A DNA stretch of 64,000 bases from Malassezia furfur. Taxonomy: Eukaryota. The position numbers and the translations under genes were made by a program. Shown in pieces: positions 32,073 through 43,479 of the stretch. Below the pieces are notes generated by a model. It was given only the letters and a program-made list of their open reading frames with translations, made no database searches and was not told the origin of the DNA. Location: NCBI GenBank assembly GCA_052055015.1, contig JBQJIT010000011.1; one strand, 5' to 3'. Every line of letters starts with the position of its first letter. Position 1 is the stretch's first letter.

Positions 32073-32224
32073 GCGGGGTACCCCAACATCTCCCGTGCGG
32101 GGCTACGCCCAACATCTTGGCAGTGCGCCCGTTTCTCGCTTGACGCCCGCGCACGGCCAATCTGGAATTCCCGATTTAAGATGACAAATAACTGGGGACT
32201 CTCTCCCAGCCGACCAAACCCCGC
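32073..32224 (+). promoter_or_regulatory. Cluster of four SYGGRG (CreA/Mig1-type) sites upstream of ACS
   Basis: GCGGGG 32073-32078 and 32097-32102, inside an imperfect direct repeat ending CCCAACATCT; CTGGGG 32192-32197; CCCCGC 32219-32224. Confidence 0.45.
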
Positions 32225-32247
32225 TCCTTGGATTTCCAACATCAATC

Positions 32248-34259
32248 ATGGCGACGGAAACGGTGATTGAGATTCCTACCCGTCTGAATGGGAGCGATGC
32301 GACTAGGCCAAAGCCTCATTTCGGCGTTGGTGACTACGAACCTCACTATGAGCGCTCAATGACCGACAGCGAGAACTTCTGGCGCGAGGAAGCCAAGAAT
32401 CACCTGACTTGGACGGTGCCCTTCAATACGGTTCAATACGGTGGTTTCAACTATGGCGACATGGCTTGGTTCCCGGACGGCCAGCTGAATGCTTCCTACA
32501 ATGCTGTGGACCGCTGGGCGATGGAACGGCCAAAGGACACGGCCATTATTTGGGAAGCCGACGAGCCCGGCCACGACGTGTCGATCTCTTGGGAAGAGCT
32601 GCTGTGCCGCGTGTGTCTCGCCGCCGGTGCCCTGCGCACGCTTGGTGTGCGCAAGGGCGACATTGTGATTATCTACCTGCCGATGATCCCCGAGGCCGCC
32701 ATTGCGATGCTCGCCTGTGCGCGCATTGGTGCGCTCCACTCGGTCGTGTTTGCAGGTTTCTCCTCGGACTCGCTGCGTGACCGTGTGCAAGACAGCAATG
32801 CACGTGTTGTGATCACTGCGGATGAGGGGCGCCGCGGCGGACGAACGATTGCGACGAAGCGGATCGTCGACGCGGCACTCAAGGAGTGCCCGAAAGTGGA
32901 GCATGTGCTGGTGGTGAAGCGCACGCGTACGGAGGACGTGCCGTGGGTGGAAGGCCGTGACCAGTGGTACGAGGATGCGGTGCTGCGTGAGCGGACCTAC
33001 ATCCCGCCTGTGCCGATGAACAGCGAGGACCCGCTCTTTGTCCTTTACACTTCGGGCTCGACGGGCAAGCCCAAGGGCATTGTGCATACGACCGCGGGCT
33101 ACATCCTCGGCGCAGCCATGACGGTGAAGCATGTGTTTGATGTGCACCCTAACGATCGTTTTGGCTGCATGGCCGACATCGGCTGGATTACGGGCCATAC
33201 GTACATTGTCTACGGTCCGCTTGTGAACGGCACCACGACGCTGATCTTTGAGTCGACGCCAACTTACCCAACTCCCTCGCGCTACTGGGACGTGGTCGAC
33301 CGTCATCGTCTGACGCAATTCTACACTGCGCCGACGTCGATCCGCTTGCTGCGTCGGATGGGGAAGGAGCACGTGGAGAAGTACGATTTGAGCTCGCTCC
33401 GTACGCTGGGCTCAGTCGGTGAGCCGATCAATCCAGAGGCGTGGCAGTGGTACAACGAAAATGTGGGTCGTGGCCACTGTGCAATCGTGGATACCTATTG
33501 GATGACCGAGAGTGGCTCACACATGGTGTCATCACTGCCTGGTGCAATCCGTGCCAAGCCCGGCAGTGCCTCCTTGCCCTTCTGGGGCGTGGAGCCCGCG
33601 ATTCTCGATCCGCACACCGGCCATGAAGTTGAAGGCGAAGCCGAGGGTGCGCTGTGTATCAAGCGTCCTTTCCCGTCGATGGCTCGCACCATTTTGGGTG
33701 ACCATGATCGTTTCATGAAGACCTACCTGAAAGCATACCCTGGCTACTTCTTCACCGGCGACAGCGCCGTGCGCGACAAAGACGGCTATATTTGGATCAA
33801 GGGACGCGTGGACGACGTGATCAATGTCTCGGGTCACCGTATGAGCACGGCCGAGATCGAGTCGGCGCTCGTCGGCCACCCGGGCGTGGCAGAGACCGCG
33901 GTGGTCGGTGCGCCGGATGAGATGACCGGCCAGTCGATCACGGCGTTTGTGGCGCTCAAGCCCGACTACGTACACCCTGAGTCTGAAGAGGCGCTGCTCA
34001 AAGAACTGACCATTCAAGTGCGTCGCGCCATTGGACCATTTGCAACGCCCAAGCGTATCATCTGTGTCAAGGACCTGCCTAAGACGCGCAGCGGCAAGAT
34101 TGTTCGCCGGGTGCTGCGCAAGATCGTCTGTGGTGAGGCCGACCAGCTCGGCGACCTGTCCACCGTGTCTGACCCCGAGGTGGTAACCGACATCATTGTA
34201 CGTATCGCACAAACACACAACACTGACCGCAGAACAAGTTCGAAGAGTTGAACAAGTAG
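32248..34259 (+). CDS. ACS1: Acetyl-CoA synthetase
   Basis: [56 protein letters not shown]. Terminal intron 34198-34232 (35 nt) gives ...[12 protein letters not shown]. Confidence 0.96.
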
Positions 34260-34313
34260 TGCATCTGCGCAATAGCCGTTGAAATACATTTCATCCTGCA
34301 TGAGAGTGACAGA

Positions 34314-34676
34314 TTATTCCTTTTCCCAACGCTCGAACGCCTTTTCGAGGTCAAAGTTGGGGTCATCCGGGTTCGTCACTGCTGCCGGGTTAGCTGATAC
34401 TCCATCCAAAATACGTACCGTCGACCACGGGTGCAATCTTCTGCTGTGCCGCAGCCTTGAGCTTGGCGTACTCTTCCTTCGCCTTCTTAATCAGCTCGTC
34501 CTTTTGCTTCTGCTCGTGCTGCAGGGCCTTGGTGTCCCAGTCCTTCTGAAGCGACCGGCGGTGAAGAATACCGTAACCGATACCACCGATCAAAGCAGAG
34601 TAACGGACGACCTGTGGTTAGTATGAGGCACCTCCGTGCCACGTACATTGACGAGGGGAGTGGGCGACATCGACAT
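34314..34676 (-). CDS. TIM11: Mitochondrial ATP synthase subunit e
   Basis: MSMSPTPLVN|VVRYSALIGGIGYGILH...DPNFDLEK. Introns 34612-34646 (35 nt) and 34382-34418 (37 nt). Confidence 0.9.
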
Positions 34677-34911
34677 CCTTGGACGGTCGGCGCTGGGCGG
34701 CTGGTGGAAAGAGCTGGGCTTGGTTCACGGGTTGTGTTGCTGACTGGCACTTTCAATTGCACAAATCCCCCCACGTCTTGCTCGACAGGTCGGTTGCACC
34801 CGGCACAGGACCACGTGATGCAGTTCTCCGCAGCGCGTTTTTGCAGAGGCCTAACAGGCAGCCGATCAGCTGGGCTGCGGCACCGACGCCCCTAGAAGTC
34901 GAAGATCCACC

Positions 34912-35448
34912 ATGCCCGTTGATCAGGAGAAGCTCGCCAAGCTGCAGGCTGCTAGCCGCACGGGCGGTAAGGGTGCGCCCCGCCGCAAGATTGTGAAGAA
35001 GCCCAAGGGCGCCGTCGCCGGTGGCGATGACAAGAAGCTCCAGGCTGCTCTGAAGAAGCTCAATGTCGAGCCCGTCACGGGCATCGAGGAGGTGAACATG
35101 TTCAAGGAGGACGGTAACGTGCTGCACATTGCCAACCCTAAGGGTAAGTTGTTTTTTTGTGTTGCTGACGCAGTGCACGGTGCCATCACCTCTAACACGC
35201 TCGCCGTTTACGGCCACGCGCAGGACAAGGAGCTCACGCAGCTCGTCCCCGGTATTCTGAACCAGCTCGGCCCGGAGTCGCTCGCGAGCCTGCGCAAGCT
35301 CGCTGAGAGCTACCAGGCGATCAATGCGCAGCACGCCGCGCAGCAGGCCCAGGACGCCGAGGGTGTCCCGGAGGTCTCGGGCAACTTCGACGAGGTTGAG
35401 GAGACTGAGAAGCCCGCTGCCACCACCGAGGTCGACCAGCTCGACTAA
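34912..35448 (+). CDS. EGD1: Nascent polypeptide-associated complex beta subunit
   Basis: [47 protein letters not shown]. In-frame intron 35144-35173 (30 nt). Confidence 0.96.
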   Translation: MPVDQEKLAKLQAASRTGGKGAPRRKIVKKPKGAVAGGDDKKLQAALKKLNVEPVTGIEEVNMFKEDGNVLHIANPKGKLFFCVADAVHGAITSNTLAVYGHAQDKELTQLVPGILNQLGPESLASLRKLAESYQAINAQHAAQQAQDAEGVPEVSGNFDEVEETEKPAATTEVDQLD

Positions 35449-35519
35449 GCGGACCTACGATCTGCTTGACTGCGTAGGCTGTCGATAGACATGCCATATC
35501 CAAAATTCAATCCTACAGA

Positions 35520-36287
35520 CTACGCATCGTCGGTGCGCTGCACCTTCGTAGCTTCCTCCTCCGCATCGTCGTCCAGCCCACGCTTGGCATTGACCGTGGG
35601 CTCGTCAGCGGGGCCGGCACGCTGGGCACGTTCCGTCTCGTGGTATTGCGCGTCGGCGCCCGTCGGTGCAGTGTGCGCATCTGCGTCCTTTTCATGTGCA
35701 CGGTATACGTCCTCGCGACGCTCGCGGCGCTCGCGTTCCTTGGCCATCGCCTCGCGACGCTTCCGCTCTTCCTCCTCGCGCAGGCGGTTGTGGCCCCAAC
35801 CGCCTCGGCCAGCATCGTACTCTTGCCGGTATTCGTCGCGTACTTGACCCCCCGAGCGCCCGCGACCGTATTGTCGCCCATCGCGGTAGCCAGGGTCCAA
35901 GTCGCAGCGAATGACACGCTCGTCGAGCTTGGTGCCCGACACGAAGCGCATACAGTCGACTGCTTCCTCGTGTGTATAAAACCTGAGTGAGCCATACGAC
36001 ATACTCAACAAATGCAAAACCACACGGCGTCTTGGTATTCCGGTCCAAGCCCATGATGATGCGCTTGATGCCACCGCCCCCTGCAACGTTGGTCACGCGA
36101 GCGAACAGCTCGTACATCTGCTCTTCGGTGGTGTAGAAAGATAGGTTTCCGACATAGAGCGTCGCACTGTTTGCCAGCGCAAGGTGCTGTTCCTCAATCG
36201 AGCTGCGCGCCCGCGAGTCGCGGTCTGTGTAAGTGGCTCTGACGTACACGAAGACGGCGCGTTCAACGGCTCCACCACATGCGACAT
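35520..36287 (-). CDS. CBC2: Nuclear cap-binding complex small subunit CBP20
   Basis: [65 protein letters not shown]. Introns 36225-36247 and 35983-36004. Confidence 0.96.
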
Positions 36288-36326
36288 GGCGGGGGAGGCG
36301 AAATTCGGCCCTTTTCCTCCACAATC

Positions 36327-37397
36327 ATGCCGGTGGCACAAAACGGTCCAAGCGCGGGCGTGGCGCCGGTCGTGCACGACCCAACGGAAGCACTCGCTCT
36401 GACACAGTATGGTAGCTGGTACCCCAAGCTTCGCAAGCACGCGCCAAAATCGACCGTGATCAATCTGGACGAGCTACAGCCCGAGTTTCTTACGTGGTTG
36501 GAAGAGGATGGGTTGGTGCTTGCGGATGCGAATGACGCGCGTGATGGCGCCACCCAGCGAGTGCCACGCAACGTCGAGCAGGAAGCACGCGAGGTCCTCT
36601 CCGATGACGAAGAGGACGAAGAGGATGCGCCACCGCAGTTCCCCGCGCTCAATGCGCGCGTTTTCGAGCTGATCGACCAGTACGGTCCAGTCTTCCCCAA
36701 GCTTAACTGGAGTGCGCCACTGGATGCCGCATGGATTCTGCCTGGCAACACGGTCCGTTGCCAGTCGCCCAACGATATCTATTTGCTGCTGAAGTCGTCT
36801 GATTTCGTCACCAAGGATCTCGAGCAGGTCAAGGAGCTGCAGGCGGCCTGTGCTGAGCGTGGCTTGAAAAAGCCGCACGTCGAGCTCGTGCTCAAAAAGT
36901 GGTTTGAGATGCCTCGGTCACACGAGTTCCGCGTATTCGTACGTGCGGGACGTATGATTGCCGTATCGCAGCGCGATGTGACCTTCTATGAACACCTCCA
37001 GAACGAGGCGACCCAGGACCAAATTTTGCGCCAGCTGCACGCCACCGTGGATCTGGTCAAAGATGCGATACCTCTCGCGGATTTGGTGATCGACGTGTAC
37101 CTCACACGAAATCTGGACAGCAGTTTTGTGATTGACTTGAACCCATTCCTTCCGCGCACGGACCCCCTGTTGTGGGCGTTTGAGGAGCTCGAAGAATGCG
37201 CCGAGGCGATGCGTGAGGACCCCACGCGTACTGTCCCACTTCGGATTTTGACGTCGCCTGCCCAGGCGTCTCAGTCGCAGCCGACCTATTCCTCCAACAT
37301 GATCCCGGCAGACGTGGTGGAGATTGGCTCTGGCCAAAACATCGCCGAGTTTGCCAAGGATTGGCAGCAGCAGCTTGCGTCGGCCGTACACGACTAG
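36327..37397 (+). CDS. CDC123: Cdc123 (eIF2 assembly ATP-grasp protein)
   Basis: VFPKLNWSAPLDAAW, DIYLLLKSSDFV, LVLKKW...EFRVFV, VIDLNPF..RTDPLLW. Confidence 0.93.
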   Translation: MPVAQNGPSAGVAPVVHDPTEALALTQYGSWYPKLRKHAPKSTVINLDELQPEFLTWLEEDGLVLADANDARDGATQRVPRNVEQEAREVLSDDEEDEEDAPPQFPALNARVFELIDQYGPVFPKLNWSAPLDAAWILPGNTVRCQSPNDIYLLLKSSDFVTKDLEQVKELQAACAERGLKKPHVELVLKKWFEMPRSHEFRVFVRAGRMIAVSQRDVTFYEHLQNEATQDQILRQLHATVDLVKDAIPLADLVIDVYLTRNLDSSFVIDLNPFLPRTDPLLWAFEELEECAEAMREDPTRTVPLRILTSPAQASQSQPTYSSNMIPADVVEIGSGQNIAEFAKDWQQQLASAVHD

Positions 37398-39013
37398 TAC
37401 CGCAGCCTGCCCTTCACACGCGGGAAGCCCACAATGTCGCGCACATTATCCATATGGGTCACCCAGCTCAAAAGCCGCTCCATGCCGAGGCCATAACCGC
37501 CATGGGGGGCACCACCGTACCGACGTAGATCTTCCTTGTACCATTGTAATGGACCCGACTCGGTATTCATGCCATTCGACTGCATGCGCGCATGCAGCAC
37601 CGCCTCGCGCTCTTCGCGCAAACTGCCCCCTGCCAGCTCGCCCATCTGGGGGACCAGTAGGTCAAAGCAGGCGACGGTCACTTGCTCTTCGCCTGCACGC
37701 CCGGGTGCCACCTCCTCCATGAGGCGCACCGGTTCTTCGTTCTCACGCATGTAAAACGGCTTTTGTGTGGATGGATAGTCGGTGACAAAAAGGGGCGTCC
37801 CCGCTTCGGCAGCAAGCCACCGCTCGTGCTCGGAACGCAGCGAGTCGCCCCACGTCGGCACCTCGCTGAATGCTTCTGGGTTGGCTTGAGCGTAAGCACG
37901 CACTTGCGCGACCGCTTCTGTATAGGTCATCCGCGGCCATGTGCGGTCCAAGCCGGCCTGCGCCCGGAGCGTGTCTGCGGGATGATCGGTACCCAGCAGC
38001 AGATGCATGTCCTGCACTGCACGCACACTGTGCCGATCTTGCGCATCGAGTCCGACGGCTGCCTTGACCATCTCTTTGACCATGGCCTCGACGCACGCCA
38101 TAACCATTTCGAGCCCGGAGGGTCCGCGCGGCACCCAGCAAAACTCGGCCTCGCACATCCAAAATTCAGCCAGATGCCGGTTGGTAGCTGAGCCTTCGGC
38201 GCGGAATGTGGGGCACAGCGCATACACGCGCGACAGACCCAAGGCAAAAGCTTCGAGATGCAATTGGGTCGAGACACTCAAGTAAGCGCCCTGGCCATTC
38301 CAAAACGCAGTGAGGTCTTCGGGCCGCGTCGGTTTGGTAGCGTCGATATCAGAATCGGCCACGACGCGGAAAATCTCGCCGCCTCCTTCACAATCCGAGG
38401 AGGTGATAATGGGCGGATACATTTTGGTAAAGTCTTCGCGTGCGAACCACGCGTCCATGGCGCGCTCCATGCGCGCGCGCGTGCGAGAGAGTGCGCCGTA
38501 GTGTACCGTGCGTGCCTTGAAATGTGATTCACGGCGTACGATGTCGGCCGCTTGCTCGTGCACGGTCTCGCCGCGGTCAGAGACGTGCATCAAGTGAGCG
38601 AGCGGATAGGTGGCCAGCTCGCTGTCGGCCAGCACTTGGTACTCGTCGACGTGCAGCTCGACTTGCTGGCTCTGCTTCTTCCCCCTGCCTGGGCGCATGT
38701 GTCCCGTCAAGCGCAAGGCGACACCCGGCGCAATGCCGCTAGCTTCACCGGTCAACATAGCCTGCAGCGTTGCTCCGCCACCCATGGTGCCATCCGTAAG
38801 CTCGAGGAACGTGCGTGTCTTTTGCCGGCGCATGGAGGCGACCCACGCACTCGCTTCGACGGGCCGATCAAGCGAAGCATCCGCTGCCGCCTCCGCCTCA
38901 TGAACAATTTTGGACAGTGTCGGGGCCATTGCGCGATGCACCGAGCGCAAACTCGTCAGGCCCGCGCGGCGGCGCGCCGCGAGAGCCACCGCGGCCTTCC
39001 AGCCAGCGAACAT
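37394..39013 (-). CDS. SLM5: Mitochondrial asparaginyl-tRNA synthetase
   Basis: Presequence-like N-terminus; SSDCEGGGE, YLSVSTQLHLE, FRAE...RHLAEFWMCEAE, KPFYM, FDLL...GELAGGSLREER, PHGGYGLGMERL. Confidence 0.93.
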   Translation of the reverse strand: MFAGWKAAVALAARRRAGLTSLRSVHRAMAPTLSKIVHEAEAAADASLDRPVEASAWVASMRRQKTRTFLELTDGTMGGGATLQAMLTGEASGIAPGVALRLTGHMRPGRGKKQSQQVELHVDEYQVLADSELATYPLAHLMHVSDRGETVHEQAADIVRRESHFKARTVHYGALSRTRARMERAMDAWFAREDFTKMYPPIITSSDCEGGGEIFRVVADSDIDATKPTRPEDLTAFWNGQGAYLSVSTQLHLEAFALGLSRVYALCPTFRAEGSATNRHLAEFWMCEAEFCWVPRGPSGLEMVMACVEAMVKEMVKAAVGLDAQDRHSVRAVQDMHLLLGTDHPADTLRAQAGLDRTWPRMTYTEAVAQVRAYAQANPEAFSEVPTWGDSLRSEHERWLAAEAGTPLFVTDYPSTQKPFYMRENEEPVRLMEEVAPGRAGEEQVTVACFDLLVPQMGELAGGSLREEREAVLHARMQSNGMNTESGPLQWYKEDLRRYGGAPHGGYGLGMERLLSWVTHMDNVRDIVGFPRVKGRLRY

Positions 39014-39047
39014 GAATGTGGAGGATATAGGTGGAGGGAGGGGCTAC

Positions 39048-40781
39048 CTACTTTTGGGCTGCGGTGCGGCGGCGAAGCCAGTCGATCATCTTGAGATGGA
39101 GCGCTGGCTTGTGCTTCTTGTGGCGGGCCATCACATCAACAAGCTCGTGCGGCTCCATGACATAAGATCCAGCTGCTGGATGGCTGCCCTCCACCAGTGC
39201 CTCGCACTCGGCCTCGCTCGGGAGCGCCCAGACGTTGTACGACGGGTTCCAGCGCAACGGGCCGACACCGCGCAGCTCCGCGTCCCGCTTCTTGCGGTAC
39301 TCGCGCGTGTTGGGAACCGGGGGAATGTCAAGCTTCGGCACATGCAGCTGCAGGCCCGCCTTGCGTGCGTCCTCGACCGTGCCGAAGCACAGCTTCTCCA
39401 GTTGCGCATGGTCGACCTCTTCGAGTGTCGCCGGACTCCACGGCGCACGGCCCGTGCGGCGCTTGCCCGTCTCGGGGTCCTTGGTGAGTGTGTGCTTGAC
39501 ACCCGTGTAGAAGTCACGGCCCAGGGATAGGTCGCAAAAGACGGTACAAATGTGGATGTTTTCGTGGATGATCTCCAAGAGCGGCATCTTGCTCGCACGC
39601 TGCATCTCGCGGAACGTGACGATCAGGCCACGCGGCGAGCGCATGTTGAGCTCGTCGAGGGTGGTCTTAGCAAACGTCTGCACCTCAGGCGAAATGATAT
39701 CGAGCCCGCGCTTGGCAAGCTCCTTGAGCGTGTACGAGTCCTGGCGCTTCTCAGCGACGTCCTTGAGCGATGCCATGATCTGCTCCACGCTGTCACGGCC
39801 GAAGCAGAAGTCCATTACGACACGGCGATCACCGAGGAACACCGAGTTGCGCACGAGCTCGGCGCCGTTCTCGGTGTCTCCCGCAAACGGATCCGAGGCA
39901 AACTCGTCAATCACGTCATTGACGACACTGCCGCTGTTCACAGACTCGACCGGCAGCGTGCCGAGACGCTGGGCGAGGTCGTCCAGCAAATTCGAGCGGA
40001 CGTAGTGCGTCGCAAGGCCCAGCAGGTACGTATCAGCGCCGTTGAGACGGTTGCCCGTCAGCGCAAGGTACATGCCCGTGTTTCCGTCCAGGCGCGAGTA
40101 GACGTAGGTCACACCGGCGTCGGGGTAGTAACCAATCGACACCTCGGGCATGGCATACATGGTGCGCTCGGTAACCACGCGGAACGGCGCATTGGCCGAA
40201 ATGCCAATACCACCGCCCATGGTGATCCCATCCATGAAGCTGATGTAGTACTTCATGCGGCCCTGGGAAGCCGTCAGATTCTCAAAGTTGGCGACGTTCC
40301 AGTTCTCCTTGAGCTCGGCGGTAAAGAAGGAAGTAGAGCGCTCGCGCATCTGCATGCTCTGCTCGTTCGCTGCATCGACGACCACCATGATATCGCCACC
40401 GGCACACAGTGCACGGCCCTCGCCGCGGAGGATGACCGTCGCACAGTTCGGCGACTCGGCCGTGGCTTTCAGGCACTTGCCGAATTCCACGACCATCTCC
40501 TCGTTCATCGCGTTCAGCGCCTTGGGACGGTTGAGGCGGATGGTGCGCGCGCTACCGTCCTTGAGTAGCTGCACAAGACCGTTCATGTGCCCATCGACGG
40601 GCACCTCGGTCGCGGTTTCGCGCGGCGCGGAAGACGACATGTGACGTGCAATGGAGTTCATTCGCTCTGCGGTGCGCTGCGATGCAGCCCGGTAGGTCAT
40701 AGAGCTCCGGGGCACTTGCGAGGTCAGTGGGCGAGACAAGGCCGACACGGATCTCGCGGCCAACGGCACACGGAGGGGCAT
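39048..40781 (-). CDS. EHD3: 3-hydroxyisobutyryl-CoA hydrolase family protein (Ehd3/mS47), mitochondrial
   Basis: LNRPKALNA, RALCAGGD, MDGITMGGGIG, AMPEVSIGYYPDAG, DFYTGV. ATG at 40781 chosen for its presequence-like start. Confidence 0.9.
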   Translation of the reverse strand: MPLRVPLAARSVSALSRPLTSQVPRSSMTYRAASQRTAERMNSIARHMSSSAPRETATEVPVDGHMNGLVQLLKDGSARTIRLNRPKALNAMNEEMVVEFGKCLKATAESPNCATVILRGEGRALCAGGDIMVVVDAANEQSMQMRERSTSFFTAELKENWNVANFENLTASQGRMKYYISFMDGITMGGGIGISANAPFRVVTERTMYAMPEVSIGYYPDAGVTYVYSRLDGNTGMYLALTGNRLNGADTYLLGLATHYVRSNLLDDLAQRLGTLPVESVNSGSVVNDVIDEFASDPFAGDTENGAELVRNSVFLGDRRVVMDFCFGRDSVEQIMASLKDVAEKRQDSYTLKELAKRGLDIISPEVQTFAKTTLDELNMRSPRGLIVTFREMQRASKMPLLEIIHENIHICTVFCDLSLGRDFYTGVKHTLTKDPETGKRRTGRAPWSPATLEEVDHAQLEKLCFGTVEDARKAGLQLHVPKLDIPPVPNTREYRKKRDAELRGVGPLRWNPSYNVWALPSEAECEALVEGSHPAAGSYVMEPHELVDVMARHKKHKPALHLKMIDWLRRRTAAQK

Positions 40782-40902
40782 GGTCGAAAGAGCACGATTG
40801 TGCGCCACGGCCAAGGGTTTTTTTGCTTAATCAGCGAGGCCAGCGCTCACTTCCGCTGAGTCAGCGAGCCTAGCACGGACGTGGCAGCTGTGAACATCGA
40901 TC

Positions 40903-41428
<526 letters not shown>

Positions 41429-41441
41429 GATGTCTACAGTG

Positions 41442-42956
41442 CTACTGCGGCGAAAGCAGGTTTTTGATATTGTCAAGCATCTGCACATCCTTGTGCGTGG
41501 ACGGCGCGTCGCGTTTCCGCTTCTGGAAGCGCTGACGCTTGCCACCGCGGTTGGTGTTCGCCGCACGGCCGTTGCGCGCCAGTGCGCCGAACAGAGAACC
41601 CGTGTCGGCGTTTCCGGCGCGCAGCGGGTGCGCTGCAGCGCCGTGCCGCCCGTTTTGTGCCTTGTCCTCGCTCGCAGGGTCGTTCACCCAGCGCGGCGTG
41701 CCGGGCAACGCCGGCGTGGAGTCCGGCGACCGGCGCAACGCCATCAGCTGCGACCGGACGTAGCCCAGCTCCGGCTCGGTGGCTGCCACGTTGGGCGGCG
41801 TGCGGCGCGTCGCGTGCGGGGCGGCCTGAAGGTCAAGGTACGCGTGCAGCACACGGAAGTAACCCGCGCCGCGGTTCGGCTTGGCACGCGTGTAGTCCAC
41901 CACGTCCAGACCCTGACGGTGCTGCAGAGGCAGGTGCGCAATGTGGCCGCCTGCCGCGACGGCCAGGCCGGCGTCGGCGCCGACAAAGTAGCGGCTGCGC
42001 CGCGCGTCCTCGACGCGACTTACGGCGTGGCCCTGGATCGGCTCGGCGAGCAGGTGCGTGTACACACTGTCCGGCTGCGAGTACTGCAGACCGTGCAGCG
42101 GGTGCAGCGCAGCGGCATGCGCCGGCGTCGCAATCGCCTTGCTCTGCGGCGCGTCCGTCCGCGCCTGCGCGCGCGCCTTGAAAAAGGACGCAGCACTCTG
42201 CGGCGCGTGCGGGAGACGCGCCTCGTCCCAGAGATCCACCGCGGGCGTGTCGATGTTGGCGCATGCGGCGGCGTACTCCTCCTCGCTCACCACCGCCGAC
42301 GCCTGCTCCTTGGCGCGCTTGCGCGCAAGCTGCTCGAGCGCCGCGTGCTCTGCCGCGGCCTGGCGCTGCGCACGCAGTGCCGCACGGAACTTGGGGCGCT
42401 GGCGCCGCACCGTGTCGAGGAAGCGGTGGAATTCGCGCTCCGACATGGCGTTGTAGTTCGGCAGAATGTCGGGCATCGTCGCAAACTTGGCATGGTTTGT
42501 GCCCCAGACGACATGCGCGGGCGGCGCATCATCCGACATCGTCGCACGGTCGTAGGGCGTGCGTGGCCGCAACCCTTGCGCAGCGTTGGTGTCTTCCTCG
42601 CCGACGACGCTCGAAAGGCCGTCGCGCTTCGAGCGGTCGCTCAGCCGCGCGCCCGCCTCGTGCCAGCGCAGGCGAAAGAGCGGATCACGCTCGCTCTCGC
42701 GCCAGTCCGTCAGACCCTGCTTGGTGTCCAGGCCGTGCACCGTCGCGTAGCGCAGCGCGCCAGGGTACGGCGCGGGCGCCGGCATGTCGGGCGTCGAGTG
42801 CCACGACGACGGCATCGGGCGCTTCAGACCCCAGTCGCCACGCGCCGCATGTGCCGTCGGTGCAGTGTACACACGCGGCGTCTTCGGGTCGTACGTGCTC
42901 ACCCGCGTGCGCTGCAGCAGCCGCGAGAGCCGCGTCGGCGCTCCGGAGCTCGCCAT
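41442..42956 (-). CDS. MRP51: Mitochondrial small ribosomal subunit protein Mrp51 (bS1m)
   Basis: N-terminal LSRLLQRTRVSTYDP...RGDWGLKRP; later MSEREFHRFLDTVR and GLQYS motifs typical of fungal Mrp51. Confidence 0.8.
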   Translation of the reverse strand: MASSGAPTRLSRLLQRTRVSTYDPKTPRVYTAPTAHAARGDWGLKRPMPSSWHSTPDMPAPAPYPGALRYATVHGLDTKQGLTDWRESERDPLFRLRWHEAGARLSDRSKRDGLSSVVGEEDTNAAQGLRPRTPYDRATMSDDAPPAHVVWGTNHAKFATMPDILPNYNAMSEREFHRFLDTVRRQRPKFRAALRAQRQAAAEHAALEQLARKRAKEQASAVVSEEEYAAACANIDTPAVDLWDEARLPHAPQSAASFFKARAQARTDAPQSKAIATPAHAAALHPLHGLQYSQPDSVYTHLLAEPIQGHAVSRVEDARRSRYFVGADAGLAVAAGGHIAHLPLQHRQGLDVVDYTRAKPNRGAGYFRVLHAYLDLQAAPHATRRTPPNVAATEPELGYVRSQLMALRRSPDSTPALPGTPRWVNDPASEDKAQNGRHGAAAHPLRAGNADTGSLFGALARNGRAANTNRGGKRQRFQKRKRDAPSTHKDVQMLDNIKNLLSPQ

Positions 42957-43019
42957 GGTCGGTTGCGAAGGTCGGTCACGTGCTTTTTGGTTTTTCGCGC
43001 GGGTGCGCCGACCTACGTA

Positions 43020-43470
43020 GCTTGCCGGCGCGCCGGCACGTAGCGGCAACGCTGCGTGACAGCTGCGGCCTCTGGGCCGCAGTTCCTGTGCGCTGGCGAG
43101 AAGGAAGTTGGGCTCTAAAACCATCGTCTGGAGGGCAGGCACACGCCGCTCCATGATCCGGGGATGACCTGATGTCCACACATTTGTACGTTGGCACGCC
43201 AGCGCACGTTGCTGGAGGATCAAACTCGATCTACGCGAGGCACCTCACAGGAGCCGCTGAGCCAAGGGGCAGGCATACCCGCTTCGTGCGGGTCGGCCTG
43301 TTACATAAAGGCGTGTCTGACAGCAACGGTGTGCTGTGCACACTGACGAGGATAGCGATGCATAGTGAGAGGAAACGCCGCGGGCGGTATGAAAACACCC
43401 TAGGATGGAATCCAGTAGCTGCCACGCACGGCGGCGTGTGCTGTCTTGCATCCTTTCTCGAGGCAACAGG
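43020..43470. other. Unannotated hairpin-rich intergenic region (candidate ncRNA)
   Basis: Palindrome 43023-43038; hairpins 43039-43056 (GCAA tetraloop), 43063-43082 and 43270-43300. No credible ORF. Confidence 0.3.
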
Positions 43471-43479
43471 GGCTCTTTC

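Noticed and set aside
43081..43225. snR30/U17-like (TTCCTG...AAACCAT) and U3 box A-like (AGGATCA) fragments
   Set aside because: The required spacing, hairpin context and other boxes are absent; matches this short are expected by chance.
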